In this document: one piece after another, positions 51,490-63,570 of the stretch | Layout of the letters: every line of letters starts with the position of its first letter | Numbering within the stretch: the stretch's first letter is position 1 | The notes under the pieces: model-generated | Database searches by the model: none | What the model saw: only the letters and a program-made list of their open reading frames with translations | What the model was told of the DNA's origin: nothing | Assembly (NCBI GenBank): GCA_951406725.2 | Contig: OX597827.1 | Coordinates: 51,522,001 to 51,586,000 of the forward strand | Length of the DNA stretch: 64,000 nt | Direction of reading: 5' to 3' | Origin: Octopus vulgaris | Taxonomy: Eukaryota | Made by a program: the position numbers and the translations under genes

Positions 51490-52335
51490 CAGATATATAT
51501 ATATATATACACATATATACATACATATATATACACCACCTAACTCAGTACCCTCACCACACACACCACCATACAAACACCCATACACTGTTCCACTCTG
51601 TACTCACATCACAGCATTATGCACACACCTTCCCACTCCACACACACTAGCACCCAACACCTCCCAGTACCCACACCACACACCATTATGCACACACCTT
51701 CCCATTCCATAAACACCCAATATCTGCCAACCCTAACTCCTGTCACCCCTATCCCACCTCTCAACCCCTAACTCTTGGTATCTGTATCCTACCTCACACC
51801 TCTATGCATTCCCCCACAACACATTATTTTCTCCAAAAAAGCACACAATGCACATGCACACGGATAATATACACACACACACAACATGCTTAAAACACAT
51901 ACAACTTTCACACACAAACATACACAATGCACACACACATACATACACACATGCACACACCACCCAAACAAGTACATATCAACTGCTACACACAAGCATT
52001 TGCACACACACACAAATGCACGAAATGCACATCACTCAGTGCACGCTCTAATTTACTTGTACACATACACATGCTCCCATATACCCGCACAGCCTATGAT
52101 TTTGCACATGCACACACTCACACACACACACACACACACGTCCATATGCACTAACACATACACGCCAGTTCATGAAGCACACATCACTCCACAAAATGTA
52201 TGCATTAGGTCAATTATACACATACACACAGGACCACATAATTTTAAGCTCACCCACATATACATTCACATGTGCTCGCCCCTGTTCACACATACACACT
52301 CACACAGACCATTTCTCACATATGCACATGCACTT
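51490..52335. repeat. CA-rich low-complexity tract
   Basis: Degenerate (CA)n. Explains the His/Thr-rich spurious ORFs here. Confidence 0.85.
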
Positions 52336-52569
52336 GGACATCCTAGTTTGACCAGGTCACCTTTATTATCTCCCTTTCACTCAGCCTCTTTCTTCTGGCC
52401 TTTTCATTGTGTTGAACCATTAATCCCTACCTATTTTTCTTCTCTTTGTTTTTTTCATTCTCTCTCCATTTTTTTTTACCTCTCAATCCTTTCTGTCAAA
52501 GAGTGTAGGCTCAAAATGTCAAAATCTTTTCCATTCTTCCCAAGCATTACACTTTAAGTGACTGACACT

Positions 52570-53640
52570 TTTTTATACAGCTGTCTTCATCCATGCCCAT
52601 CAGACAACAAAACCAGCACAGTCTTCTCTCTTGCACAATACATGATTCCTCTTATGCTTGATTTTTCTCTTAATACCTTGGTGCTGTACATGCACACTGA
52701 CATTGCACACCCAACAGAATATACTAGCTTCATTCCTTTCTAGTCTTTGTATATGCTCTGCATTCAGTACCCATGTTTCACTACCATGTAGCATTGCTAT
52801 TTGTATATAAGCATCATAGTCTGCCTTTCAATCAGAGAGAGAAAACTTTTGTCATCAGCAGATGTAGTAGTCCTCTGAACTTTCCCCATCCAATTCTTAT
52901 TCTAGCAACTATACTTTCAGAACATCCTTTTCCACTACTTACAGAAAGTTCCTACTACCTGTAGGACACCTCCAGAGCATTCAAGAAAAATCTGTTTCTT
53001 GTGTGTAATTAGTTTTTATTGTTTTTGTGTGTCTCCTACATACAAAGGCTACTTTCTCTGTTAGCCTTCTTGTGAATCTACTCTACCTCTTGTGTGCCCA
53101 TAACTTGCACTGAGTACATTGTATGGAATTCTTACCTCCACCTTTCCCTACATATCAAGCTGGGCCATTTATCAAATGGGATTAGAGTCTGTCTACTTTT
53201 CTGCTAACTAGAACTTTAAACTTTAAGGCCCTTTATTCTTTTCTAATTCTACTATAAATTCTGTTATCAGAACAAGGTCATCAGCATATAATAGTTCCCA
53301 AGGGCAGTCAGTCTTAAATTCCTCTGTTTTGGCCTGGAGGACTATGATGAACAAAGCCCTGGTGAACTCCTATGTGTACTCTAAATTCATCACTGTACAT
53401 GGCTAACTCTTACTTTACTGACAGTTCTCCTGTCATGGCTTGTATGGTGATCATAAGCTATTTGTCTATCCCTGACTACCTCAAAGGCTACCAGATCACA
53501 GAACATGGGACTATGTCGAAGGTTATCTCCTGTTTGACAAATACTAAGTATAATGGCTTACTTTTAGCTACCTGCAGTTGTCTTATTAGGAAGATGGCAT
53601 CAGTAGTACTTCTCTCTGACACAAAACCAAACTGCAGTAG
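52570..53640 (-). mobile_element. LINE RT/C-terminal fragment (RTE-like)
   Basis: EEFKTDCPWELLYADDLVL (~53270-53325) and MLHGSETWVLNAEHIQRLERNEASIFCW. Confidence 0.85.
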
Positions 53641-54137
53641 ATATTGAAAAGAGAGAGGGAGAGAGAGGAGATGTAAAATAATTAGCTATAGAAATTACAT
53701 ATTAGCAAATGAACAAAAAAGCATAAAACTTAGCTGGATTGATGATTCTTGAAGCATATAGTGGTGGTGATTTGATGATATGCTCAAAATTAGGTAATTC
53801 CCACATTGGTCAAAATATGGATGTGCATTAAGCATGTTTAGTGTGCAAAACTCGGCCTGGCTTCGAAAATTGTGGTGTAGTAGGTATCCTCCACTTGGAT
53901 AAGATAATGTTAATATGTCTAGTGAAAAATTTTAGTTCTAGAATTTAAGTAACTGTTGTAGGTCATTCTTTTTGATTTATAAAGGCTGCATCTCCCTGAC
54001 CCATTCACATACAATTTTGATCTCTCATGGTCCCACCATTTAATGCTGTAAGTAATGCTATTCTCCCTTGGTTTCCAGATGTGGTTTTCTAACACCATTT
54101 TATATCAGGTACTTGAGATGACTTTGGTTTTGTATAC

Positions 54138-54356
54138 TTTACTCTTTAGTTTCAGTCATTTGACTGTGGCCATGCTGGAGCACCACCTTTAGTCGAACAG
54201 ATCGACCCCAGGACTTATTCTTTGGATGCCTAGTACTTATTCTATCGGTCTCTTTTGCCAAATCGCTAAGTTATGGGGATGTAAACACACCAGCATCGGT
54301 TGTCAAGTGATGTTGGAGGGACAAACACAGACACACAAACATATACACACACATAT

Positions 54357-54421
<65 letters not shown>

Positions 54422-54586
54422 CGACGGTCTTCTTTCAGTTTCCGTCTACCAAATCCACTCACAAGGCTTTGGTTGGCCCGAGGCTATAGTTGAAGACACT
54501 TGTCCAAGGTGCCACGCAGTAGGACTGAACCCGGAACCATGTGGTTCGCAAACAAGCTACTTACCACACATCCACTCCTACGCCTA
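54138..54586 (-). mobile_element. SINE family A, full copy
   Basis: Matches 23798-24197, with an expanded internal (TA)n. Confidence 0.9.
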
Positions 54587-55599
54587 TTGATTTTATATTG
54601 CTTGCCTGTTCTAGTTAGTATAAATCTTCATTTCTGAAAGTGCAATGTGGAATAGTTCATTTGGTAGGTCTGCTTGAGATTATTTTCTTCATGTTGGAAT
54701 TGCAACTATAGCTTACCTACACAGAATGCCTATCAAAGATTTTTCTTCATATGGTTTTCAAGAAAATGCTTATGTGGTAAGACCAGGAACTTTTTCTCTA
54801 AATCAATCCTAACATTTAAAGAGATAGGTGGGCATAAAGCTTATTTTCTTATGTCTATTCTTAAGTCATAAATGTGTGTTGGTTGGAGCATATGAGATGT
54901 TGGAATCCACTCACTGCTAGGGCCCTATATTGTAATCTGATACTATGTTATTGAATATTTCCTTAGAAAAGGAGGTTTGAAATACTTATACTGATGTTAC
55001 GAGATTTTTAAAAACAATTGTTGACAAAAATAAAAGAAGATTACTTACTTATATATTCAAGCTTCTTGTTGGGCTTATAGAAGATTTGTAGGCATCTGAA
55101 TATGGGTTTAGCAAAATGCTTAGGAAGTAATTTTAAGCCCTATGTTGGTAAGCATAGCTAAGAGGTTGTTTTCATAAAGTATGACTATCACAGCTGTGTC
55201 ATATTTCTAATCCATTGTCTCAGTAGAAACCAGTACTGTGGGTGAGGAATTTGGTTTTTAGTATATCAAGTTTATATGGGCTTACAAGTTTACATATATT
55301 AGCACTGTCAAAAATGTTCTCTTTCAAGTTTTTTGACCCAAGCTGACTCTTGTTCAAAGGGTAGGATTGTATGTATACACATTTGTAGCTTAGATATCAG
55401 GGTTAATTAAATATATATCTCTATTCCAGCAAGTTGTGTGGAAGCTGTAATAATTACATTAACCTGTAGATTATGGAAAAGAATTTGTTTTGCATATGAA
55501 GAGTGCTTTGTAAATATATTCTTAGAAATTTAATGTTTAAGCTTTTCTTTAGCTTTGTGATTGTATGTTTAAATTTATATTTAATTTTTTTTTTTTGTA

Positions 55600-55631
55600 T
55601 TTATTTTGATGTAAATTCTTTTTATTTTTAG
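55600..55631 (+). promoter_or_regulatory. Splice acceptor of the zinc-finger gene's coding exon
   Basis: Long T-rich tract ending tttattttttag at 55631. Confidence 0.6.
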
Positions 55632-55934
55632 ATACTGCTTCACAACATGGACACATCCTGGTTGCCAAGTGCAAAGAAGTTAAATTTTCGTTCATATTTA
55701 TCCTCTTTCATTACATTTTCTACAATATGGAAATGGGATTTGGCAAAAACTAAACTTTCTTCTTCATCATGATTTGCAGAGAGAATCAAGAGCCTCAGGC
55801 ATAAATGTATTAGTGATGTTGATAAAAATTATTTGATGGCATTTTAAATTAAATCACGTATCAAATATTGATTTCAAGAATACTATGGTTGTCTACTGGA
55901 AGATTTTGTGGAGGTTTTCCAACTAATCCTGATA

Positions 55935-57536
55935 ATGTATACTATACCATCTATGTATTCAGTTGGTAAACAATATATTTTTGATATTACTGGGAAAGCT
56001 TTCACACAAGAAGATTTGGTGAGATCTGAGGATTATTTTGACAACAATAGTGAAAAACAGTTCAGCTATACAAGCCAGCCAACATTTCCTACACAACCCA
56101 ATATGAATCCTCTTGAACAGCCCACTTCAACAGCAAGTTCGACAAGTGAAAACTATGTACCTTATCGAAAACCTTTTCCTCAACAAACTGTTTCTTCTCA
56201 AGGTACTGGTGAAACGTCAAGAAATTCAGAAGCTACAGAAGCTGAAACTGAAAACACAAACTATTCTGGTGATTGTTGCAGTGAACAACAAAGAGCTCGT
56301 AACTGCTCAACCAGTTGCTACAGCACTCCAAAAGCCCACAAGTGTGCTCACTGTTCAAAGACTTTCGCTCGGAGAACTTATTTAAAAAGTCATGAGCGAG
56401 TCCATTCTGGTGAGAAACCTTTCAATTGTATGTATTGTCGTAAAGCCTTTTCGCAGCGAACAAACGTTCGTAGTCATGAGCGAACACACACAGGTGAAAA
56501 ACCTTATATGTGTTTAATTTGCCGTCGATCTTTTTGTCAGCAGAATGAGCTGCGGTCACACGAGCGTGTACATACAGGTGTTAGACCATATCAGTGTCAT
56601 TTTTGTCCCAAAGCTTTCACTCAGCTTACCAATCTGCGGAATCATATAAGAATACACACAGGCGAAAAACCATTTGTATGTATTGTGTGCGCTCGCTCAT
56701 TTACTCAACATAACGAACTTCGAAGTCACGAACGAGTTCATACTGGAGAAAAACCATTTAGTTGTTCCATGTGTTCTAAAGCTTTTTCACAAAGAACTAA
56801 TTTACGAAATCACGAAAGAGTTCACTCTGGAGAAAAACCATTCCAGTGTATTTACTGTTCGAAATCCTTCTCCCAGAGAGGTACATTAAAAAATCACGAA
56901 CATACTCATACAACAGACAAAAATCAAGTAAAAACGTCTCAGAAATCTGCATCGTTGTCTTCATCTAATTCATTAAGCCATCATTCCAAAAGTCAAAGTC
57001 ATGAGCAAAAATCTAGACAGCTGGGACAACAAGAACTTATTCAGCCTGCTTCCTCAGCTGAACCATGCCAAAAAGAACCATCAACTTCAGCATTCCATCA
57101 TAAACCACAATCATCATCTGTCATTTCAAAATGGGTTAATTCGACATCATCACATTCAAAGTCTCAAAGCAATTCATCTGTTTCTCGTATATCTCATGCA
57201 AACACACACGGACGTGTTTCTCTTGGAGATGACAGCAGCCGCAAAGAAATACAATCATCCTCATCTATTAGATTTCAGCAGGTACCAACTATTCCACCAG
57301 TAATAATGGCACCTTCCTTTTTGCACCAGATGACCCAGGGCTGGGAAAATACCTACAATTGGCCCCGTGGATTTCCTATGGCTGCTGCTTGGAATACATC
57401 AGGGAAAAATATTTCATCTGTATATTCTCATGAAGGAAAGTTGAAAAAACAAAAGTCCTCTTCTGGAGATATAAATAAAGGCAAGAATATGAACTCTTAT
57501 GATGTGAGGAAAGAAATTCAATCAAGCTCCAAGTAG
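55935..57536 (+). CDS. C2H2 zinc-finger protein, 7 tandem fingers (56343-56909), Ser/Gln-rich flanks, ~533 aa
   Basis: Seven C-x2-C-x12-H-x3-H fingers with TGEKP/SGEKP linkers. First in-frame ATG is at 55935 (the ORF track starts at a GTG, 55908). Whole CDS lies in one exon after a strong acceptor at 55631. Confidence 0.95.
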   Translation: MYTIPSMYSVGKQYIFDITGKAFTQEDLVRSEDYFDNNSEKQFSYTSQPTFPTQPNMNPLEQPTSTASSTSENYVPYRKPFPQQTVSSQGTGETSRNSEATEAETENTNYSGDCCSEQQRARNCSTSCYSTPKAHKCAHCSKTFARRTYLKSHERVHSGEKPFNCMYCRKAFSQRTNVRSHERTHTGEKPYMCLICRRSFCQQNELRSHERVHTGVRPYQCHFCPKAFTQLTNLRNHIRIHTGEKPFVCIVCARSFTQHNELRSHERVHTGEKPFSCSMCSKAFSQRTNLRNHERVHSGEKPFQCIYCSKSFSQRGTLKNHEHTHTTDKNQVKTSQKSASLSSSNSLSHHSKSQSHEQKSRQLGQQELIQPASSAEPCQKEPSTSAFHHKPQSSSVISKWVNSTSSHSKSQSNSSVSRISHANTHGRVSLGDDSSRKEIQSSSSIRFQQVPTIPPVIMAPSFLHQMTQGWENTYNWPRGFPMAAAWNTSGKNISSVYSHEGKLKKQKSSSGDINKGKNMNSYDVRKEIQSSSK

Positions 57537-57827
57537 CTATGAGGCTGCATTTATATATTTTGTAAGCTGTTAATCCTTATCTCATAAATATATTAATAGT
57601 AGAGAAGGCTGTATCTTTATTAATCTTAGACACTTGGACACTGATATCGATATCTCTTTGTTTTAGAAGTGAAGAATTTAGAACTTTTGAAAATATTTCT
57701 GTGATGCTTCTTTTGCTAAATGAATACATGCTTATTTTATTTCAGTTGTATTGTTATGTAAGCAAAGTGTTGGTTCTAATTAATTCTGATTTATTGATTT
57801 TAGTCTGAAGAAAATGCCTTTTACTTG

Positions 57828-57833
57828 AATAAA
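57828..57833 (+). terminator. Candidate polyadenylation signal of the zinc-finger gene
   Basis: AATAAA ~290 nt after the stop, with T/GT-rich sequence downstream. Confidence 0.5.
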
Positions 57834-58912
57834 AAAAAATGGACTAATTTTGGTATATATTATCATCTTGTTTTTCTTTTGAATGGATTGGTACAAGCAT
57901 GAGTGTACTTAAAAAGTTTGCTTTGTGACTATTTGGCTTTGGATCTGATCCTATAGTGTGGAGCCTTGGGCAAACATCTATTATTTTCTCATTTTGGACA
58001 ATGCCTTGTGAATGAAATTTTGGTAGCAGAAACTGTATGGAAGCTTATCGTGTGTGTGTGTGTGTGTGTGTGCGTGCATATTTGTCATCACACACCTTTG
58101 CATTCACACAGCTTCAGCTTCAGTGACATTGTGTTCAATATACACAAGGAATTTGACAGTTCAGCAGTTTGTTGTGTGAAAATGTGGAACAAAATCTTTT
58201 ACTTGAAAACAAGTAATAGCTAGCATCAGGAAAGACATCTGGCTAGAGAATACTATCTCACAAAGTCTCATCCAAGCCAAATCAATATAGAAAAAGCAGA
58301 TGTGGCAGTGATGGTTATGACGATGATCAATGTCATCATCATTAGAATGAGCCAAGCTAAATATTTCCCTGAAATTAATTTTTCTTGTTTCCTGCAATGA
58401 CTTTTCATTAGGGATTAATTGATCACCAAAGTTGTTTAATGGACTTTATCTTCTGCTTGAGCAGTTCTTATATTTCAAACCCTGTTTAGGATAATTGATG
58501 CTACATAGGTTTGGTACTCATCTCTTTCGTGTTCACATTGATGTGCTGGAGATAAAATTGAAAGAAAGGCCAAAACCCATGGGAATATTCAAATTCCTGT
58601 GAGCTAATGTGATATTCAGTTGAATAGTGATGTGTTTTTAGAGTGATAAGCTATTCCATTATGTGATGCCTACTTACCGTTAGGTGGACTACAGTAAAGT
58701 GTTGATGACAGGATTGTCTGGTTCTGTATTGACTTAGTCTTCTGCAACTTTAGACTAATTCTGTTAATTAATTCATGATTTGTCCTTTTCTCTTATTGTC
58801 TATTTTCCTCTAATAGATAATCACACTATTACTAAATTACTAAATTCCAGTGAACTGATGTCTATAGATTTCTGTTACCATTTGTTAAGATTATCTTGAA
58901 AGTAACTTCCTG

Positions 58913-59535
58913 TATCATCATCCTTTATTGTCCGCTGTCCATGCTGGCATGGGTTAGACAGTTTGACTGGAGCTGATGAGCCGGAGAGCTGCACCAGGTT
59001 CCAGTCTGATCATGGTTTCTACTACTGGATGCCCTTCCTAACACCAACCACTTTAGGAGTGTAATGGGTGCTTTCACATGCCACCAGCATGGGTGCCATT
59101 TACATGACACCAGCAATGACCACGACTACAATTCATGGGTGCTGCGTAGATGGCACCAGACTACAATGCACAGGTGCCATTTACATGGCACCGACAGCAA
59201 CCACAACTACAATTCATGGGCACAGTGACTACAACCATGACTCATGGGTGCAATTTACATGGCACTGCCAATGACCACAACTCATGGGTGCCATGACTAC
59301 AATGCACAGGTGTCATTTACATAGCACCAGTGGTGACCACGACTATAATTCATGGGTGCCACTTACATGGCACCAACTATGACCACAACTATGATGCACA
59401 GGCGCCATTTACATGACATCGGCATGGCCACAACCACGATTTCACTTGGCCTGACGAGTCTTCTCACACACAGCTTATCACCAGAGGTCTCGGTCACTTG
59501 CCATCACCTCTGTGAGGCCTAACGTTCAAAGATCA
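58913..59535 (-). mobile_element. Repeat family D copy with an expanded internal minisatellite
   Basis: catcatc tail, ctggatgcccttcctaacaccaaccac core, tandem ~45-bp units at 59085-59440. Confidence 0.8.
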
Positions 59536-60379
59536 TGAGTATACCAATTCTCAGGTATTACATTTTCAAGTTTCTCATCTAAAAAGCATACTTCTAGCCA
59601 AGTTCTATATTGTAGTTCCCTCTACTTCTGTTCCATTCTTTCTTTCAGTAAAATTTTACTCCCGTGTACATCATACTCCATACCATAGTCTCTTGTTAAA
59701 TCCACACTATGTCATTTTACCTTTTCTCATTATTTGCTTCAACGCTTTGTTTTGCTGGTACTGGTGACATGCTAAAATTACTACCTTCACTTATAGGGGT
59801 TACTGAAGCTCTGTTTGCTGGGCCTCAAGGTATTCTTTTCCTGCTGAAAGCATATATATGCATACACCTATTATTCATCTGCTGCATGGTAACATTTGTA
59901 CTAGCATTTTAACAAAAATGCTTCTGTAAAGACAGTGAAAATATTGTCAATTTCCCCAAAGAGGGATACAATTCAATTTTTAAACAATAACCAAAGCCCC
60001 TTCTCCGAAAGGGGGAGGGTTACGGTTTACAATTATTTAACAAATGCAACACAACAACATTTCCCTGACAAGGAACCAACAAACGTGATTACAATAGTCA
60101 AACAGTAATAATAATAACAACAAACCTTTTTAATGTATCCCCATTTATGTGAAACCACTTATTCAAGTTCAAGTCATTGATGCAATTTTATACGAATTGC
60201 TAATACACACACACACACACATAATAAGGGTGAAAAATTGAATATTAATTTGATTAATATGAATTGAAAACCAGTGGTGTAGCATATAAGACCATAGCGG
60301 ATCTTCTTCTAGCAAAAAGGATGACCACTGTTAATGGTACATCCCTGTTACATAATACTTTCACTTTAATAGTGTCAGT

Positions 60380-60635
60380 ATTAAAATGAAAGTGTCTACA
60401 TTACAATAGAGAGATGTTTTTGTTTCACTTTTAACACGTAATACTGAAATAGTGGAGAAGATATGATATTGCTGTGGGGTCGCCGTAGGGAAAAAGTTAA
60501 TTTTTTTTTTTGCTGATGACTCTCCCCGGACCTTAAGTAAAGCATGTGTAAAATTTGAATGAAATTGGTTGTGTAGTTCTCAAATTTTAGGGAAACACAC
60601 AGACAGACACACATTCTCAGTTTTATATATATATA
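60380..60635 (+). mobile_element. DINE-1/Helentron-like non-autonomous 3' end
   Basis: aaatttgaatgaaattggttgtgtagtt...cagacagacacacattctcagttttatatatat. A 5'-end-like tactagcaga..cccagcgttgcc occurs at 14602. Confidence 0.4.
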
Positions 60636-60871
60636 TTATATATAGGATAAGATTGTTAATTTAAATATCGATCTTATAAAGTGGCCAGCATGGGAATAAA
60701 AACCTTCAAAGGTAATAATTATTATTAAAATTATAATTTAAGGTGTCTTAGAGATACCTCTACGCTGGAAATAGCAGCCAAAAATTGACTCTAAAACCAC
60801 ATTAAATGTTCATACAGCACCAGGAGAGAAGACAAAAGGACAAAATAAACTAGCAAAAAATTACTGGATAA

Positions 60872-60927
60872 TTCCAGATCCTGGATTTCTGGCTCTACAT
60901 AAGAAATGCTTTGCCTCATCAGAGGAA
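60872..60927 (-). ncRNA. Type I hammerhead-like ribozyme (inverted copy of 62040-62097)
   Basis: Reverse complement: ttcct-CTGATGA-ggcaaagcatttcttatgtagagcc-a-GAAA-tccagga-TC-tggaa. One stem I mismatch next to the core. Confidence 0.65.
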
Positions 60928-60974
60928 TATACACAGATAGTAACATAAATACACACACACACATATATATATAT

Positions 60975-61880
60975 TGTTACGAACCTGCCGTCGCTCAACT
61001 CAACTCGGGACCCTAAGTCGAGCGACGACGATGACCACGCTCAGTCAAATCGGAAATCCACCACAGCAAGCGGTGGGGGATGGCAGCGAATGCAAACCAG
61101 TAACCGGAGACAACAACAACAACAGGAAGAGAGAGACAGCGGAAGGCAGTTGCTTACATTTACAACAGTTTATGCAATTGTTACAACATCAATCAAAACG
61201 TAATACATTGCAGATACATTAAAGAAAAACATTAAAACAATCAATGCATGCACAATACACAACGTCCAAAAACAATCCACATTAAAGTCTTTCTCTTTCT
61301 CTTTTCCTTCTCTTTTTAACACAATTCACAATGTTCTTTCCCCTTCTTTTTCTTTCTTTTCCACAGTTCTTTTTTTCTGACACAATTCTTTTTACATTTC
61401 AATAGATTACACTTTATGTCACAGAGTCTGTTTTCTTTTCTTTTACATTTCAGCATCCAAAATTCAACAACAAAAACATAAACAAACATTACCGCACATT
61501 TTCTCGTTGCAAACTCCTACTACAGCAATCCAGCTTTCTCGCCGTAATCTCCCTTAGTTCCTCTCGCTTGACATGTCCTCAATCCTATCTGCCTGTTCTT
61601 CTCGCCTCTTGCCAACTGTCATCTCTGCATCGACTCTGTCTCGCCAACTACCCTGTTGCCAACTCAACTCCTCTCGCCAACTGACCAACTAACCCCAGCT
61701 CGCCGCATTTTAAAGGGTGGTATATTTATTTTTTCTTAAACTTTGCTTGACCGGATAAGGGTCAGAGGTACTTTCCATCCTCATTAATTTCCCTTACCGG
61801 TGACATGACAAAGCTTCATAACTTCATTCGCCAGTCCATCTGGGTCATAACACTTTTTATTCAACTGACCTCGCATATCA
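60975..61880. mobile_element. Probable solo LTR inserted in the TA microsatellite between the inverted arms
   Basis: Starts TGTTACGA, ends ..GCATATCA (an alternative TCATAACA end lies near 61852). Flanked by atatat on both sides. Non-coding. Confidence 0.5.
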
Positions 61881-62039
61881 ATATATATACATATAACATA
61901 TGAATACTTACATATATGAATATATATATATATACACATGTGGTGCATATATATGTATGTATATGTTCGTATATATAGGTATTCATATGTTATATGTATA
62001 TATATATATATGTGTGTATTTATGTTACTATCTGTGTAT

Positions 62040-62097
62040 ATTCCACTGATGAGGCAAAGCTTTTCTTATGCAGAGCCAGAAATCCAGGATCTGGAAT
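62040..62097 (+). ncRNA. Type I hammerhead-like ribozyme
   Basis: attcca-CTGATGA-ggc...gcc-a-GAAA-tccagga-TC-tggaat. 6-bp stem I, AUC triplet, one extra A before GAAA. Confidence 0.75.
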
Positions 62098-62285
62098 TAT
62101 CCAGTAATTTTTTGCTAGTTTATTTTGTCCTTTTGTCTTCTCTCCTGGTGCTGTATGAACATTTAATGTGGTTTTAGAGTCAAGTTTTGGCTGCTATTTC
62201 CAGCATGGGGGTATCTCTTAGATACTCTAAATTATAATTTTATATATATGCGGTATACGGATGTCCTGAAACCATACTTGGTGTG

Positions 62286-62342
62286 TGTTATTAATACGTC
62301 CTGATGAAGGCTGGAAGGTATATCAGCCGAAATGTGTTAACA
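62286..62342 (+). ncRNA. Degenerate hammerhead-like motif
   Basis: CTGATGA-a-ggctg-gaaggtatat-cagcc-GAAA-tgtgTT. 5-bp stem II, but stem I is not adjacent to the core. Confidence 0.4.
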
Positions 62343-63336
62343 ACAAAGATGAGGACAAATATCTGTCAAATGTAAATAATGTAGTTAGGTTTCTTTTTCT
62401 AACATTTTACATAGTTCAACCTACACAAGATAATGTGTGATAAACAAAATAGGAATTTTGAAAGAAGTTTCTGTAAAACTAGTTTTTAACCACTGAATGC
62501 AACTAGTGGCCCACCAGAACAAAACAGTAGTCAAAGGGGTTCATAGATAAAATATGGTTGAGAACCCTTTTTCTAACTGAATAAAAAGAAATTAGTTTCA
62601 CTGAGATAGCGACCCATGACAAATATTCTCATTCTATTCAATTTCATAGCAAATTTCTTCAGATTTATTGAGCTGCTAGCACCAAAATTACTCAAGTTAA
62701 CTTTGATGATGCAATTGCAAATGTTAGAATATAAAATTTCGACCTCATTCTTGGACAAAAAGCTGTAATTTCTATTTAGTAATGCATGAGAATTACCTTG
62801 TGAATTGCATACTTTGTTGCAACCATACATTCTTAGATATTTCACTAACAGATTTTACTTTTGCTAAAAAAATGATAGGATTATAGCATTATGTATGAAT
62901 TTACTATTTTCATTAATCCCATACGCTTTCTTTTTACTAGCTTGGTCTGGAAGAAAGGACAGTGCCTATGACTTTTGCAGGATCTCCTAGATCTATGAAA
63001 TAGAGGCCAATAAAGTTCTTGAACCATTGCATGTCAACACCTGCAGGAAAGACAAATGGAGAGGGAATTCTAAAGAATCAATGTTCTGGGAAGGATGGAC
63101 AGGACATAGTGATTAATGTGTAGTTGGAAGGATTTGATGTAACGAGGCTGATGAAAGGAAAGATAAGTGGGCTGAGAATGCCTAATAATAGTAGTAAAAC
63201 AAAAGAGATAAGACAGTGTGCCTGTGTGCTATTGTATTGTGTCTGTGATTATCTTTATGCTAATCAGTCAGGTGGTTCTTTTCTGTCTGGAATGACTGTG
63301 AGTGCAATGGTTGCACTGTCTTAGATGTAGGAATTA

Positions 63337-63570
63337 AGGCAACGAGTTGGCAGAAACGTTAGCACGCCGGGCGAAATGCCTAGCGGTATTCCGTCTGCCG
63401 CTACATTCTGAGTTCAAATTCCGCCGAGGTCGACTTTGCCTTTCATCCTTTCGGGGTCGATAAATTAAGTACCAGTTATGCACTGGGGTCGATGTAATTG
63501 ACTTAATCCGTTTGTCTGTCCTTCATTTTCCCCTCTATGTTTAGTTCCTTGTAGGTAATAAAGAAATAAG
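63337..63570 (+). mobile_element. SINE family B, full copy
   Basis: High identity to 2687-2911, B-box gagttcaaattcc, A-rich tail. Confidence 0.9.

Larger units (their letters stand above)
60726..62242. repeat. ~235-bp inverted repeat pair (60726-60960 / 62011-62242)
   Basis: The arms are directly readable reverse complements with few mismatches. Confidence 0.92.

Noticed and set aside
51886-52557. 223-aa ORF, and similar ORFs at 24699, 30808, 40214 and 50007
   Set aside because: These are translations of CA/TA/TATC/CT low-complexity repeats or TE ends, with no domain signal.
55908-55934. GTG start given by the ORF track for the zinc-finger gene
   Set aside because: This is a eukaryotic gene, so the first in-frame ATG at 55935 (or the next at 55953) is more plausible.
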